Shown here one piece after another: positions 53,359 through 64,000 of a DNA stretch of 64,000 bases. How positions within the stretch are numbered: the stretch's first letter is position 1; every line of letters begins with the position of its first letter. The notes beneath the pieces are model-generated. The model worked only from the letters and a program-made list of their open reading frames with translations, was not told the origin of the DNA and did no database searches. This stretch comes from Longimicrobiales bacterium (GTDB taxonomy: Bacteria; Gemmatimonadota; Gemmatimonadetes; Longimicrobiales; Gaopeijiaceae). The DNA lies in assembly GCA_965203485.1 (NCBI GenBank), contig OZ241892.1, positions 2,688,001 to 2,752,000 on the forward strand, in the 5' to 3' direction. The translations under genes and the position numbers were made by a program.

Positions 53359-56121
53359 TCACCCCTTGCAGTCCAGCCAAGTCGGCCCGGAGCCGGTGTC
53401 GACGCGGAGCGGCACGGCAAGCTCGCAAGCCGACTCCATCTCGGCCACGACGATCGCGGCCATGTCGCCGACGCGCGCCTCCTCCACTTCGAAGACGAGC
53501 TCGTCGTGCACCTGGAGGAGCATGCGCGCGCCGTCGTCGTCCCCCAGCGCGTCCGCCAGCCGCACCATCGCCGTCTTGACGAGGTCGGCCGCCGTGCCCT
53601 GAATCGGCGTGTTCTGGGCCACGCGCTCTCCAAACTGGCGCACGTTCCAAGACTTGGCCTTGAGTTCGGGCACGTAGCGGCGGCGTCCCATGAGCGTCTC
53701 GACGTACCCGCGCTCCTTCGCCTGCTCCACCTGCTCGTCCAGGTAGCGTCGCACTCCGGCGAAGCGTTCGAAGTACTGGGCGATGAACTCCCTTGCCGCC
53801 TCCTGCGATATCCCCAGCGCCCGGCCCAACGAGAACGGGCCTTGGCCGTAAAGGGTTGCGAAGTTGACCGTCTTGGCCTGGTCGCGCATTCGACCGGTGA
53901 CGTCCTCCACCGCCACGTCGAAGATGATCGCGGCCGTCTCGCGGTGGACGTCCTTGTCGGCCTCGAACGCGGCCACGAACACCGGATCGCGGGAGAAGTG
54001 CGCCAGGATGCGCAGCTCGACCTGGGAGTAGTCGGCCGTGAGGAGCAACGAGCCGGACCGCGCCACGAAGCCGCGCCGGATCTCGCGTCCCGCCGCCGTG
54101 CGGACGGGGATGTTCTGAAGGTTGGGATCGGACGACGACAGCCGGCCGGTGGCGGCGATCGTCTGGTTGAAGGTGGTGTGCAGCCGACCCGTCTCCGGGT
54201 CGACGAGAGACGGCAGGGCATCCACGTAGGTGCCCCGCAGCTTCTCCAGTCGCCGGTAGTCCATCAGGAGCCGGGGCAGCTCGTGGCCGGCCACGGCGAG
54301 CTCTTCCAGCACCGACGAGTCCGTCGAAGGACCGGTCTTGGTCCGCTTCAGCACGGGCAGCTCCATCCTCCCGAAAAGGATTTCGCGCAACTGCCGGGTC
54401 GAGTTCAGGTTGAACTCCGTGCCTGCGACGCGATGCGCGTCGTCGCGGACCAAGCCGAGCTCGCGCCCGAGTCGCTTGCTCTCCCGGCGGAAGAAGGCCG
54501 CGTCGATCGCCACGCCGGCCGTCTCCATATCGGCCAGCGCCGAGACCAACGGCATCTCCATCTCCACGAACAGATGGTCGAGCGCGTGGCCGGCGAGCTG
54601 CTTGCCGAACCGTTCCCAAAGGCGCAGGGGAAGATCGGCCCGCTCGCACGCGAAGCGCAGCGCCTCCGCTGGGGTCGCGTCGCCGAAGCTCCTTCGCTTG
54701 CGGCCGACGCCCAGCAACCCGCTTTCCGAGACGGGTTCCACGCCGAGCAGGCCGCCGGCCACCGCATCGAGGTCGTGGCTGCGCCGCCCCGGGTTCAGCA
54801 GGTAGGACGCCACCATGACGTCCTTGAAGGGGCCGGCCAGCGCCAAGCCGGCGCGACGGCACGCGACGATCGAACGCTTGATGTCGTGGCCGACCTTCGC
54901 GATCGACCGGTCCGCCAGCAAGTCGCGCAACGGCTGGAGTTCGGGACCGTCGGGCGGAACCAGATTGGGGGCGTCCCCGCCGTCGCCGTTTCCGTCGTCG
55001 GCGCCAAGGCCCAGTCCCGTTCCGCTTCGATGGCCGAACGGCAGGTAGCAGGCGCTTCCGGGCGCCGCCGAGACGGCGATCCCCGCCAAGCGGCCGCGCA
55101 ACGGCTCCAAGGTCTCCGTCAGCGCCGCGATTCCGGCCGTTCCGCTGCGGCGACAGGCGGCCACGAGGCTGGCCAGCTCGCCGGGGCCGGTGGCGAGCTC
55201 GTACTCGGCCCTGGCGGCCTCCGCGCCCGACCGCCCCGGCCCGAGCATCCCCAACAACGAAGAGAATTCCAGCTCGAGGAACATCTCGCGCAACCTGTCG
55301 TCGTCGGGCGGGCCCGCGCGGAGAGCCTCGATCTCCACCTCCACCTCCACGTCCGTGCGGATCGTCACCAACTCGCGCGACAGCAGCACCTTGTCGCGGT
55401 TCTCGGACAGCGACTCGGCGACGTTCCTGGACTTCACCTCGCCTAGGCGGTCCAGCAGCGCTTCCAGCGATCCGAAGTCGTTCAGGAGCCGGACGGCCGT
55501 CTTTGGTCCCACGCCGCGAGCGCCGGGCACGTTGTCCGACGCGTCGCCTACCAACGCCAAGTAGTCGACCACGCGGGACGGGCCGACGCCGAGCTTGCCG
55601 GCGGCGTTGGTCTCGTCCACCCACTGCTCTCCCGCCCCCGACCGGCCCGGCTGGTACAGCCTCACGCCCGGTCCCACCAACTGGTAGAAGTCCTTGTCGC
55701 CCGACACGATCACGGAATCGACGGCTCCGGCCCGAGCGCGCCGGGCCAGCGTCCCGATCACGTCGTCCGCCTCCCACCCTTCGACCTCCACGACGGCAAG
55801 CCCGAGGCGCCCGGCGATTTCGCGGATGCGGGGCAGGCTTTCCCGCAACTCGTCCGGCATCTTCTTGCGCGTCGCCTTGTACGCCGGATAGAGCTCTTCG
55901 CGGTGACTGCGGCCCGAATCGAAGACGACGGCGACGTACTCGGGCGCGTGATCCCGGCGCAGGTCGAGGAGAAATCTGGCGAAGCCGAAGGCCGCCGACG
56001 TGTTCTCGCCCCGCGAGTTGGTCAGGGGATTGCGCGCGAAAGCGAAGTGCGCCCGGTACGCGAACGCATAGGCGTCGACCAGAAACAAGCGCGGCCGGGA
56101 CGCGTTCTGGGCGCTCTCCAT
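53359..56121 (-). CDS. polA: DNA polymerase I
   Basis: 5'-3' exo EADDVIG/GDASDN; TGRLSSSDPNLQNIP; DYSQVELR; AKTVNFATLYG; LQVHDEL. Confidence 0.97.
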   Translation of the reverse strand: MESAQNASRPRLFLVDAYAFAYRAHFAFARNPLTNSRGENTSAAFGFARFLLDLRRDHAPEYVAVVFDSGRSHREELYPAYKATRKKMPDELRESLPRIREIAGRLGLAVVEVEGWEADDVIGTLARRARAGAVDSVIVSGDKDFYQLVGPGVRLYQPGRSGAGEQWVDETNAAGKLGVGPSRVVDYLALVGDASDNVPGARGVGPKTAVRLLNDFGSLEALLDRLGEVKSRNVAESLSENRDKVLLSRELVTIRTDVEVEVEIEALRAGPPDDDRLREMFLELEFSSLLGMLGPGRSGAEAARAEYELATGPGELASLVAACRRSGTAGIAALTETLEPLRGRLAGIAVSAAPGSACYLPFGHRSGTGLGLGADDGNGDGGDAPNLVPPDGPELQPLRDLLADRSIAKVGHDIKRSIVACRRAGLALAGPFKDVMVASYLLNPGRRSHDLDAVAGGLLGVEPVSESGLLGVGRKRRSFGDATPAEALRFACERADLPLRLWERFGKQLAGHALDHLFVEMEMPLVSALADMETAGVAIDAAFFRRESKRLGRELGLVRDDAHRVAGTEFNLNSTRQLREILFGRMELPVLKRTKTGPSTDSSVLEELAVAGHELPRLLMDYRRLEKLRGTYVDALPSLVDPETGRLHTTFNQTIAATGRLSSSDPNLQNIPVRTAAGREIRRGFVARSGSLLLTADYSQVELRILAHFSRDPVFVAAFEADKDVHRETAAIIFDVAVEDVTGRMRDQAKTVNFATLYGQGPFSLGRALGISQEAAREFIAQYFERFAGVRRYLDEQVEQAKERGYVETLMGRRRYVPELKAKSWNVRQFGERVAQNTPIQGTAADLVKTAMVRLADALGDDDGARMLLQVHDELVFEVEEARVGDMAAIVVAEMESACELAVPLRVDTGSGPTWLDCKG

Positions 56122-56302
56122 GGGCTGTCCTCGCGTGTCGGCGGCGGGGACGCTTCGGCCAACGGGATCTGCCGGCCGGAAGGCGGGCGCACGCGCGGCC
56201 GGGCCGCTTCTAGGCCCTGTCGCGGCATGCCGGGCGGCTACGCCGACGCCGCCCCCGCGTGACGCCCGCGATCAGAAGCAGGCCGCAACGGCGTCCAAGC
56301 GG

Positions 56303-56503
56303 CTAGGCGCGGAGCACCTGCGTCGCTTGAAGGCCGCGGTCGGTCGCCTCAACCTCGAACTCCACCTCTTCGCCTTCGGCCAGCGTTCGGAAGCCTTCGC
56401 CCTGGATGGAGCTGAAGTGAACGAAAACATCTTCTCCAGCAGGCTGGGCGATGAAGCCGTAGCCCTTCGAGTCGTTGAACCACTTCACCTTCCCTCTTGC
56501 CAT
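56303..56503 (-). CDS. Cold-shock protein
   Basis: [32 protein letters not shown]. Confidence 0.95.
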   Translation of the reverse strand: MARGKVKWFNDSKGYGFIAQPAGEDVFVHFSSIQGEGFRTLAEGEEVEFEVEATDRGLQATQVLRA

Positions 56504-56566
56504 TTGCCGTTCCTCCGGAGTGACTGAAAACCGCGGGCCCGCGGGCCCTGCTTGGACGAGCCGATC

Positions 56567-56595
56567 ATCATGGGACGAGCGAGCGCCGGGGTCAA
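56567..56595 (-). promoter_or_regulatory. Putative sigma70 promoter of the cold-shock gene
   Basis: Minus strand TTGACC-N17-CATGAT. Confidence 0.45.
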
Positions 56596-56649
56596 GCAAC
56601 CGGCGCGTGGGGGCATTCTCGTTTCAGCCCAGCCTGATCGAGGTCTCGT

Positions 56650-59147
56650 TCACCGGTTGCGAGCGGCCGCATCCGGATCGGAGGGGCGTTCGTCGCCGTA
56701 GAGCCACGCGTACAGCGCGCGGTTGCGCACGACGTTCTTGACGTAGGCGCGGGTCTCGAAGAACGGAATGCGCTCGGTGAAGCGCCGGGCGTCGGCAACC
56801 TCGGGAAACCGCCGCCAGCGGTTGGCGCGGGTCGGGCCGGCGTTGTAGGCCGACAGGACCAAGGGGATGTCGCCGTCGTAGCGCTCCATGAGTTCGGCGA
56901 GAAAGAGCGCGCCCAAGTGGACGTTGATCTCCGGCACGGTCAGGAAGCCGCGGTCGAACCCGAGCGGCCCCGCGGCGCGGGCGAGCTGCGCGCCGGTGGC
57001 CGGCACCACCTGCATGAGGCCGACCGCCCCGGCGGGCGACACCGCTCGGGGTCGAAGGCGCTCTCCTGGCGGATCAGGCCGGCTACCAAATGGGGATCCA
57101 GGCCCAGCTCCGCGGAGCGCGCCTCCACGAGTTCGCGGTGCGGGAAGGGAAAGACCAGCCTCAGCAACGGGAGGTCCCAGGCCCTTCCTCGGCGTCGCAG
57201 CTCCCAACCGAGCGTGATCGCGTCGCGCGGGCGGCCCGCCCCCCGGAGCGCGACGGCCAGCGCGAACAGGCGTTCGGCCGAAGCCTCCGCCGCGGACCTC
57301 GTTCGCTCGACGTGCGCGGCGGCGGCCTCGTGAAGACCGGAGGCGTCCAGCATCGCCAGCACGTCCATCTCGCGCGCCAGCCACGACGGAGGCGGGGGCG
57401 CCGCGTCCCCCTCGAGCGACGTCGGCCGCGGCGGAAGCAGGACGCCCTCGAGGGCCGCCGAGACGTCCGCGCCGCCCGGCGGCCGACCGGGATCGCGCCC
57501 GTCGGCCGCGCTGAGGAAGGCGTAGTAGGAGAGAGGACTCTCACGGCGTATCCGCGCCAAGCGGGCGCGCGCGAACGCGGTGTCGCCGACCTCGGTCGCG
57601 GCCTGGGCGGCCCAGAACGCCGCCTCCTCCCAGCGGCGTCCCTCCGGGAACTCGGCCAAGTAGGCGTCGAAGACCGCCAGCGCCTCTTCGGCTTCGCCCC
57701 GCGCCAAGTGAATCTGGCCCCAGCGCATGCGGGCCAAGCCCGCCCGGTCGGCCGAAGGGGAGGCCGCGACGACTTGCCGGTAGCCCGCCAGCGCCTCCAG
57801 CACGCGCCCGGAGTCCTGGTGGTCGTCGGCCCGGAAGAAAACGACGTCCAGCGCCTGCCGGCTGGACGGAAAGCGTTCGACGAGCCAGCCCTCCACCGTG
57901 CTCGCGTCGCCGTGCCGGCCTTGGCGGCGGCGCACGCCCGCCCACGCCGAGAGAGCGCGCGCGGCGGTTTCCGCGTCCTCGGACTCGGCCAGCCGTCTGT
58001 ACTGGCCTATCGCGTCGCCGCGGGCGCCGCTGCCCGCCAGCGCGCGGGCTCGCGACAGCCGCTCGCTCTCGGAGAGCTCGGCGCCGGCTTCGACGGCCGC
58101 GTTCCAGGCCAGACCCGCGGTGCCGAACTCGCCTCCGTTCCCCAGCGCGGACGCCATGCGCCGAAGAACCGCCGGGTCCAGATCTCGGCCGTGGGCCCGC
58201 AACGCCTTGGCCGCCGCCAGGGCCGCCGCTCCCCGGGTCGTCGTCCCGACCACGTCCGCCGCCGAGGCCACGGCGCCAACCGTGTCGGCCAGGGCCAACC
58301 GGTAGCGCCACCGCCGAGCCGCCAGGTGCACGCGCGAAGGCGGTCCCGCGGCGGCAGGCGCGATTTCGCCGAGCACGGCCAAGGCGGCCGCCGTGTCGCC
58401 CGCCGCGGCCCATGCGTCCACGACGAGGCTCCACCCGCGGCGCCGAACCGATCGGTCGCGGACATGCTCACGGACCCGGCGGGTCGCCTCGGGCCGCCCC
58501 GTCGCCGCGAGGGACCGCGCCGCTTCGAGGGCGGTCCAGTCGGCCGCCACGGGCGCGAACGATCGCAAGGTCGCAAGGGCGTCCTCGGTTTCGGCGGCCG
58601 GGCGTCGCGCCGCACCAGCGCGAATCCAACGCGAGAGAGCGGGCGCGCGACGCGGATCGCGGGGCGCAACGGCGTCGAGAAAGCGCGCCAGCGCGGCCTC
58701 GGCGTCCTCGTCGCCTCCGGTTTCGGCCAGCGCCGTCCCCAGGAGGAGCCAGTGCTCGAGGGGTGGCTCCCGCTGGCCCTTCTCGCCGGACGAAAGAGCC
58801 GCCACGACGCCTTCCCAGTTGCGCCAGCCCGCCTCGGCCTCCGCGAGAAAGACGCGGTCCCGCACCGCCACGGCGCTTTCGGCCTCGGCAAAGGCCGCGC
58901 GCAATTCCAAGCTCGCCTGCCAGTGCCGCCCGGCCGCCAGCAACCCACGAACGGACTCGGAGGCAACGCCCTCCTGGCCTGCGGCGTCCCCTGCGAGGAC
59001 CGACGAGCCCAGAAGCGCCGCGGCCGCCAGCAAGACGGCGGCCGGGACGGGCCCGCCGACGCGGGCCGCCCGGGCGTCGCCTGCGAATCCGGCCGTCGGC
59101 AAGATGCGGCCGGGACGGGTCCGCCGACGCGGGCCGACGCCCAGCAA
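56650..59147 (-). CDS. slt: Soluble lytic transglycosylase with TPR repeats; one frameshift near 57050
   Basis: TPR region and IRQESAFDP in one frame; AVSPAGAVGLMQ, AYNAGP, ETRAYV in the next; one missing base in a C run joins them. Confidence 0.85.
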
Positions 59148-59306
59148 CAGGGCCAGTTGTTCGCCTAACGCGGGTCGGGCGGCGTGCTGCCCGGCAGGTT
59201 GATCAAGCCGCCGTTCGCCGACAAGGCGTTCGCTCCAACGCTGATCCCGTCCGCGTCCACGTCCGTCCGCGCGCGGCCGGTGGCCGTCCCGCCGGGTGCG
59301 TGCCGC

Positions 59307-59990
59307 CTAGCTTGCCGCCGGAGTCGGCCGGCCGGCCTGCATCGAGAACAGCGTGTCGATCATCTTCTGGGCGGATTCCTCCATGTCCACTACCAGGTGG
59401 TCGATTCTCGACACGAAGTAGTTGTGGGCGATGCTCACGGGAATGGCGATCGCCAAGCCGGCAGCCGTCGTCGTCAGCGCGACCTTGATTCCTTCGGCCA
59501 CCGTCTGCGCGTCCACTTCGCCCGCCAATTGGATCGCTTGGAAGGCTTCGATCATCCCCAACACCGTCCCCAGGAAGCCGAGCAACGGAGCCACGTTGGT
59601 GAGCGTCGCCAGCACGACCAAGCCGCTCTCGAGCTTGCTGAGCTCGATGAGCCCGCGATTCTCAATGGCCTTGATGACGCGGTCGGTGCCCTCGTCGCAC
59701 CGCTCCAATCCCGCATAGAGGATGTTGGCCGCGGGAGAATCGGACTCGCGCGTGGTCTCGAGGGCTTCGTCCACGCGCTGCTGCGTGAGGAGTTCGTCCA
59801 CGTTCTTGACCGTCTTGCGCGTCGAGCTGCTCTTGGACAGCAGGTCGAAGAACTTCCAGACGATGACGACGAAGCCCACCAGCACGCACAGAGCCAGCGG
59901 CCACGCCATGCCGCCGGCGTCGGTCCACGCCTGCTGAAGACGCTCGCCGAGGGAAAGATCCGGCCCTTCCAGACCCGGAACCTGAATCAT
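59307..59990 (-). CDS. MotA/TolQ/ExbB proton channel protein
   Basis: APLLGFLGTVLGMI, GIKVALTTTAAGL, IAIP. Confidence 0.92.
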   Translation of the reverse strand: MIQVPGLEGPDLSLGERLQQAWTDAGGMAWPLALCVLVGFVVIVWKFFDLLSKSSSTRKTVKNVDELLTQQRVDEALETTRESDSPAANILYAGLERCDEGTDRVIKAIENRGLIELSKLESGLVVLATLTNVAPLLGFLGTVLGMIEAFQAIQLAGEVDAQTVAEGIKVALTTTAAGLAIAIPVSIAHNYFVSRIDHLVVDMEESAQKMIDTLFSMQAGRPTPAAS

Positions 59991-60124
59991 CGCCTCGTGG
60001 ATTCTTGCAAAGCTGACCAAGGGAACCTCCGGCTTTCGCCCAGTTCAGATGATGACGGTTGCGACGCCGCGCACCGGCGTGGCAGTAAAGTTCGGGCAGA
60101 CGGGACCGAAACGCAAGGGCGCCC

Positions 60125-60154
60125 ATAGTGGCCGAGGCGACTGGTCCGCGTCAA
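60125..60154 (-). promoter_or_regulatory. Putative sigma70 promoter of the exbB-like gene
   Basis: Minus strand TTGACG-N18-CACTAT. Confidence 0.4.
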
Positions 60155-60269
60155 GCTGCGCCGCTCGCGCCCCGAGCCGGCCCGGTTCGTCTGCAAAGAC
60201 GCGACCCTCCGTGCGCGCGCCGACGCGGCGACATCGTTCGGGCCGCCCGGTCGAGCCCGCGCAACCTTG

Positions 60270-61097
60270 TCAGTGCGCGCGCCGCCACGTCCACTCCGGA
60301 GAACGATACCTGTCCTCGAGGCGTCCCGCCAAAGCCAGTTCCGGCTTCGACCAGGATCCGCGTGTCCACGTCCCGCCCAGACGACGCTCGAAGCCTTTGG
60401 CAAAGGCGTCCACCAAGCGGCTCCACGACGGCCTCTCCTCGAGCAGGTCCGCCAGCGTCGTGCACCGAGCGTCCTGGTCCAGCGACTGCCGGCCGTTCGC
60501 TCCGGGCGCAAGCAGGGCCCGCTGGTCGGCCAGCAAGAGGATCGATCCGTGCTGGAGCATCGCGTCCCCGATGCGCGCCTGCGCGCTGCCCGCGAGCTTG
60601 CATCCGTTCACCACGACCTCGCCGCTCGCCGATCCGAAGAAGCACGGCCCAGCGCCGGGACCCGGCGCCCCGTTCCCCGCTTCCCCAGGGCTCTCGGCGC
60701 ATCGGGCGTCCACGCCGAGCCGGCGCAACCCGTCCACCAGCCCCTCGTTGATCCGGCGGTAGGCGTCGCGCAGGCCGCCGAGCGCGCGCAACGGCGCCAC
60801 CACCGAATAGGTCATCTCGCCGTCGTGGATCACCGCGCGTCCGCCGGTCGGACGGCGAACAGCATCCAGATCGGGGCGCTCGCGCAACAGCCGCCGGTAG
60901 GAGACGGTCACCGGTTCGTTGCGGCCGAACGAGAGCGCGGCCGGCTCCCAGCGATAGAACCGGAGCGTGCCGCTCCCCGTGGCCGGACTTGACGCCAGCG
61001 CGTGATCGCGGGCCATGTTGACCGGGCCGGGCCGGGCTTCGTCCACCAGAATTCGCCAGTCCAGTTCCCGCTCCTCTTCCTCGCGCACCTCGGCCAC
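60270..61097 (-). CDS. Lipoate-protein ligase / octanoyltransferase (LipM/LplA-like)
   Basis: NMARDHAL, LRFYRW, RRPTGGRAVIH, PCF, KLAGSAQ, LQHGSI. Confidence 0.88.
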   Translation of the reverse strand: MAEVREEEERELDWRILVDEARPGPVNMARDHALASSPATGSGTLRFYRWEPAALSFGRNEPVTVSYRRLLRERPDLDAVRRPTGGRAVIHDGEMTYSVVAPLRALGGLRDAYRRINEGLVDGLRRLGVDARCAESPGEAGNGAPGPGAGPCFFGSASGEVVVNGCKLAGSAQARIGDAMLQHGSILLLADQRALLAPGANGRQSLDQDARCTTLADLLEERPSWSRLVDAFAKGFERRLGGTWTRGSWSKPELALAGRLEDRYRSPEWTWRRAH

Positions 61098-61167
61098 TCC
61101 CCGTTTCGGACTCGCCCGTCTCGCCTCGCGTCGCCCCGCCGTCGCCGCCCGGTCGCCCAAGGCCCGT

Positions 61168-61854
61168 TCAGAGGGCCAGCACGTCTCCCGGAGCCATGAC
61201 GTGGACTCGGGCCCTGTCGCCGACGAGCGCTCGGAACCGCTCGGGATCCTGCTCGATCACCGGCCACGTGTCGTAGTGCATCGGCACGACGATCTCGGGC
61301 TCGATGAGCTCCACGGCGCGGGCGGCGTCCTCCGGCCCCATCGTGAAGTTGTCGCCGATCGGCAGAAGGGCGACGTCCACCTGGCCCCGCAGAAGCTGCA
61401 TGTCGAGCGTCAGGCCCGTGTCGCCTGCGTGATGGATCCGCTTGCCGTCCACGTCCAGCACGAGTCCGGCGGCGCTGGTCGTGAAGCGGCCGCTCTCGTC
61501 TCCGTGCACTTGGCCGCCGTGGACCGCCGCGGTCATCTTCACGCTCCCGAACGGAAAGGCGAAGCGGCCGCCGACGTGCATGGCGTGCGTTCGGACGATG
61601 CCCTGCGACTCCGCGAACGCCGCGATCTCATAGCTGCCGATCACTGTCGCCCCCGTCTCGCGCGCCAGCGGGATCGCGTCGGCGAAGTGGTCGGTGTGCC
61701 CGTGCGTGCACAGCACGTAGTCCACGCGGCCCGCCTCCGAACGCTTGATGTTCGAGACCGGGTTGTCGTCGAAGAAGGGATCGACGACGAGGCGCGTGCC
61801 GTCGCCGGCTTCGATCGTGAACGTGGCGTGTCCGTGAAAGACGAGGCGTGCCAT
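61168..61854 (-). CDS. Metallo-beta-lactamase-fold hydrolase (UPF0173)
   Basis: FHGHA, THGHTDH, HAGDT, LPIGDNFTM, PMHYDTW. Confidence 0.92.
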   Translation of the reverse strand: MARLVFHGHATFTIEAGDGTRLVVDPFFDDNPVSNIKRSEAGRVDYVLCTHGHTDHFADAIPLARETGATVIGSYEIAAFAESQGIVRTHAMHVGGRFAFPFGSVKMTAAVHGGQVHGDESGRFTTSAAGLVLDVDGKRIHHAGDTGLTLDMQLLRGQVDVALLPIGDNFTMGPEDAARAVELIEPEIVVPMHYDTWPVIEQDPERFRALVGDRARVHVMAPGDVLAL

Positions 61855-61882
61855 GGCTTCTGTTGTCTCCCCAAGCAAGGGC

Positions 61883-64000
61883 TTATGCGCGGGCGGGCGC
61901 TCCCGCTTCGTAGGCGTCGAGAGGCGGACAGGCGCACACCAAGTTGCGGTCGCCGGCGGCGTTGTCGACGCGGCCCACGAAGGGCCAGAACTTGTGCTGC
62001 GCCTGCCAAGGGGCCGGAAAGACGGCCCGGCGCCGCGAGTAGCCGTGGGACCATTCGCCGGCAACGACGGCTTGCGCGGTGTGGGGCGCATTCTTGAGAA
62101 GGTTGTCGTCTCGGTCCTGGCGGCCGTCCTCGATTTCGGCGATCTCGCCCCGGATCGCGACGAGCGCGTCGCAGAAGCGGTCCAGCTCCGCCTTCGACTC
62201 GCTCTCGGTGGGCTCGATCATGATCGTCCCCGGCACCGGAAATGCCATCGTCGGAGCGTGAAAGCCGTAGTCCATGAGACGCTTCGCCACGTCCTCTTCC
62301 GTGACGCCGGCCGACTTCCTGAACGGACGAAGATCGATGATGAACTCGTGCGCGACGCGGCCGTTGCCGACGCCCCACCAGTACAGGATGTCGAAGTGGG
62401 ACTCCAGGCGCACGGCCATGTAGTTGGCGGACAGAATCGCGGTGCGCGTCGCCTCGGCCAAGCCGGTCCGCCCGAGCAGGGCGACGTAGGCCCACGAGAT
62501 CAAGAGGATGCTGGCGCTGCCCATGGGCGCCGCCGCCACCGGCCCCGACGCCTCCGGCGGCGTTCCGGGATCGAGCGGGTGACCCGGAAGGTGCGGCGCC
62601 AGCTCCGCGCTCGCGCAGATCGGCCCCATGCCGGGACCGCCGCCGCCATGAGGAATCGCAAAGGTCTTGTGCAGGTTGATGTGGACGACGTCGGCGCCGT
62701 AGTCGCCGGGACGGCAGAGACCGACCTGCGCGTTGAGGTTGGCGCCGTCGAGGTAGACGTAGCCGCCGTGCTCGTGGACGATGGCGCAGATGTCGCGGAT
62801 ATCGGCTTCGAAGACGCCGTGAGTGGACGGATACGTCACCATGATCGCGGCCAGCTGGTCGCTGTGGGCGGCCGCCTTCGCCGCCAAGTCTCGCGTGTCC
62901 ACGTTGCCGCGCTCGTCGCAGTTGACGACCACGACGTTCATGCCGGCGAGCACGGCGCTGGCCGGGTTGGTCCCGTGGGCCGACGACGGAATCAGGCAGA
63001 CGTTGCGGCCCGCCTGTCCGAGCGCCTTGAGCCGCGCGCGGATCACCAGCAGGCCGGCGAGTTCGCCCTGGGCGCCCGAGTTGGGTTGCAGCGAGACCGC
63101 GGGAAGCCCGCTGATCTCGGCCAGCCAGCTTCGCAGTTCGCGCGCGATCCGCTCGTACCCCTTGGCCTGTTCGGCGGGCGCGAACGGGTGAAGCCCGCCG
63201 AACTCGGGCCACGTCACCGGCGTCATCTGGGTGGTGGCGTTGAGCTTCATCGTGCAGGAGCCGAGCGGGATCATGCTCGTGTTGAGCGACAGGTCGCGGG
63301 TCTCGAGGCGGTGGATGTAGCGCAGCATTTCCGTCTCGGAGCGATGCGAGTTGAAGACGGGATGCTCCAAGTAGGGCGTCTCGCGCCCCAGCGGCGGCGC
63401 GTATCGGCCCGGGTCGAAGGGCTCGGCCCGCGGCGCCCCGAACGCGTCCAGCAGGTCGGCCAAGTCGCCTTCGTCGACGGTCTCGTCCAGCGCGACGCCC
63501 AAAGTGCCGTCGCCGAAGTCGCGCAAGTTGATGCGCTTGCGCGCCGGGCGTCCACCACCGCCCCGGAGCCGGTGGCCGGGCGGACGCGCACCGTGTCGAA
63601 GAAGTCGGCGTGAACGAGCGAGTGGCCCGCCGCGGCCAACCCTCGGGCGAGGGTCGCCGTCTGGGCCCGCACGCGCTCGGCGATGCCGCGAATCCCCCGC
63701 GGGCCGTGGTACGCCGCGTACATGCCCGCCATGACGGCCAACAGAACCTGCGCCGTGCAAATGTTCGACGTCGCGCGCTCGCGCCGGATGTGCTGCTCGC
63801 GCGTCTGCAGCGCCATCCGCATCGCCGGGGCGCCGTGGCGGTCGGTGGACACGCCGATGATGCGTCCGGGCATGGCGCGCTTGAATTCCTCGCGGCACGC
63901 GATGTACGCCGCGTGCGGTCCGCCGTAGCCCATGGGCACGCCGAAGCGCTGCGTGGCGCCGACGGCCACATCCGCGCCGAACTCGCCCGGCGGCGCCAGC
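61883..64000 (-). CDS. gcvP: Glycine dehydrogenase (decarboxylating) P protein, 5'-truncated by the window edge, frameshift near 63545
   Basis: [17 protein letters not shown] in one frame; [36 protein letters not shown] in the other. Confidence 0.93.
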   Translation of the reverse strand, partial: AGAAGRVRRGCGRRRHAALRRAHGLRRTARGVHRVPRGIQARHARTHHRRVHRPPRRPGDADGAADARAAHPARARDVEHLHGAGSVGRHGGHVRGVPRPAGDSRHRRARAGPDGDPRPRVGRGGPLARSRRLLRHGARPPGHRLRGGGGRPARKRINLRDFGDGTLGVALDETVDEGDLADLLDAFGAPRAEPFDPGRYAPPLGRETPYLEHPVFNSHRSETEMLRYIHRLETRDLSLNTSMIPLGSCTMKLNATTQMTPVTWPEFGGLHPFAPAEQAKGYERIARELRSWLAEISGLPAVSLQPNSGAQGELAGLLVIRARLKALGQAGRNVCLIPSSAHGTNPASAVLAGMNVVVVNCDERGNVDTRDLAAKAAAHSDQLAAIMVTYPSTHGVFEADIRDICAIVHEHGGYVYLDGANLNAQVGLCRPGDYGADVVHINLHKTFAIPHGGGGPGMGPICASAELAPHLPGHPLDPGTPPEASGPVAAAPMGSASILLISWAYVALLGRTGLAEATRTAILSANYMAVRLESHFDILYWWGVGNGRVAHEFIIDLRPFRKSAGVTEEDVAKRLMDYGFHAPTMAFPVPGTIMIEPTESESKAELDRFCDALVAIRGEIAEIEDGRQDRDDNLLKNAPHTAQAVVAGEWSHGYSRRRAVFPAPWQAQHKFWPFVGRVDNAAGDRNLVCACPPLDAYEAGAPARA

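Noticed and set aside
59307..59990. exbB-like gene without an adjacent exbD
   Set aside because: Unlinked paralogues are common; not informative without the rest of the genome

Overview
This is a very GC-rich bacterial chromosome segment. Gene content (Oar-type TonB receptor, split 5'-nucleotidase, region-1.1-less sigma70, Omp85/Wzi-like outer-membrane proteins) suggests Gemmatimonadota/FCB group, which is an inference only. The left end is accessory. It holds a three-domain protein (NDT-like fold lacking the catalytic Glu + ATP-cone + DUF2103-like), an AT-richer ABC-ATPase/PD-(D/E)xK nuclease pair, and a TonB receptor. Next comes a 17-gene tRNA array on the minus strand with its own promoter and terminator. 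A second ABC-ATPase/TOPRIM-like pair sits just upstream of ligA. The rest is mostly housekeeping and metabolism: ECF sigma/anti-sigma/YbjQ, hutIFUH, 5'-nucleotidase, a Na+:solute symporter, an apparent desaturase-ThrB fusion plus thrC, mmsA plus an aminotransferase, wzi, sat/cysC, an M23 peptidase, pckA, an rpoD-like sigma, ssb, polA, a cold-shock protein, slt, exbB, a lipoate ligase and gcvP. There is also a gene-free 1.2-kb region with degenerate direct and inverted repeats. Single-base frameshifts in slt and gcvP look like assembly indels. All calls are by motif recognition, no database searches were run, and several start codons are best guesses.
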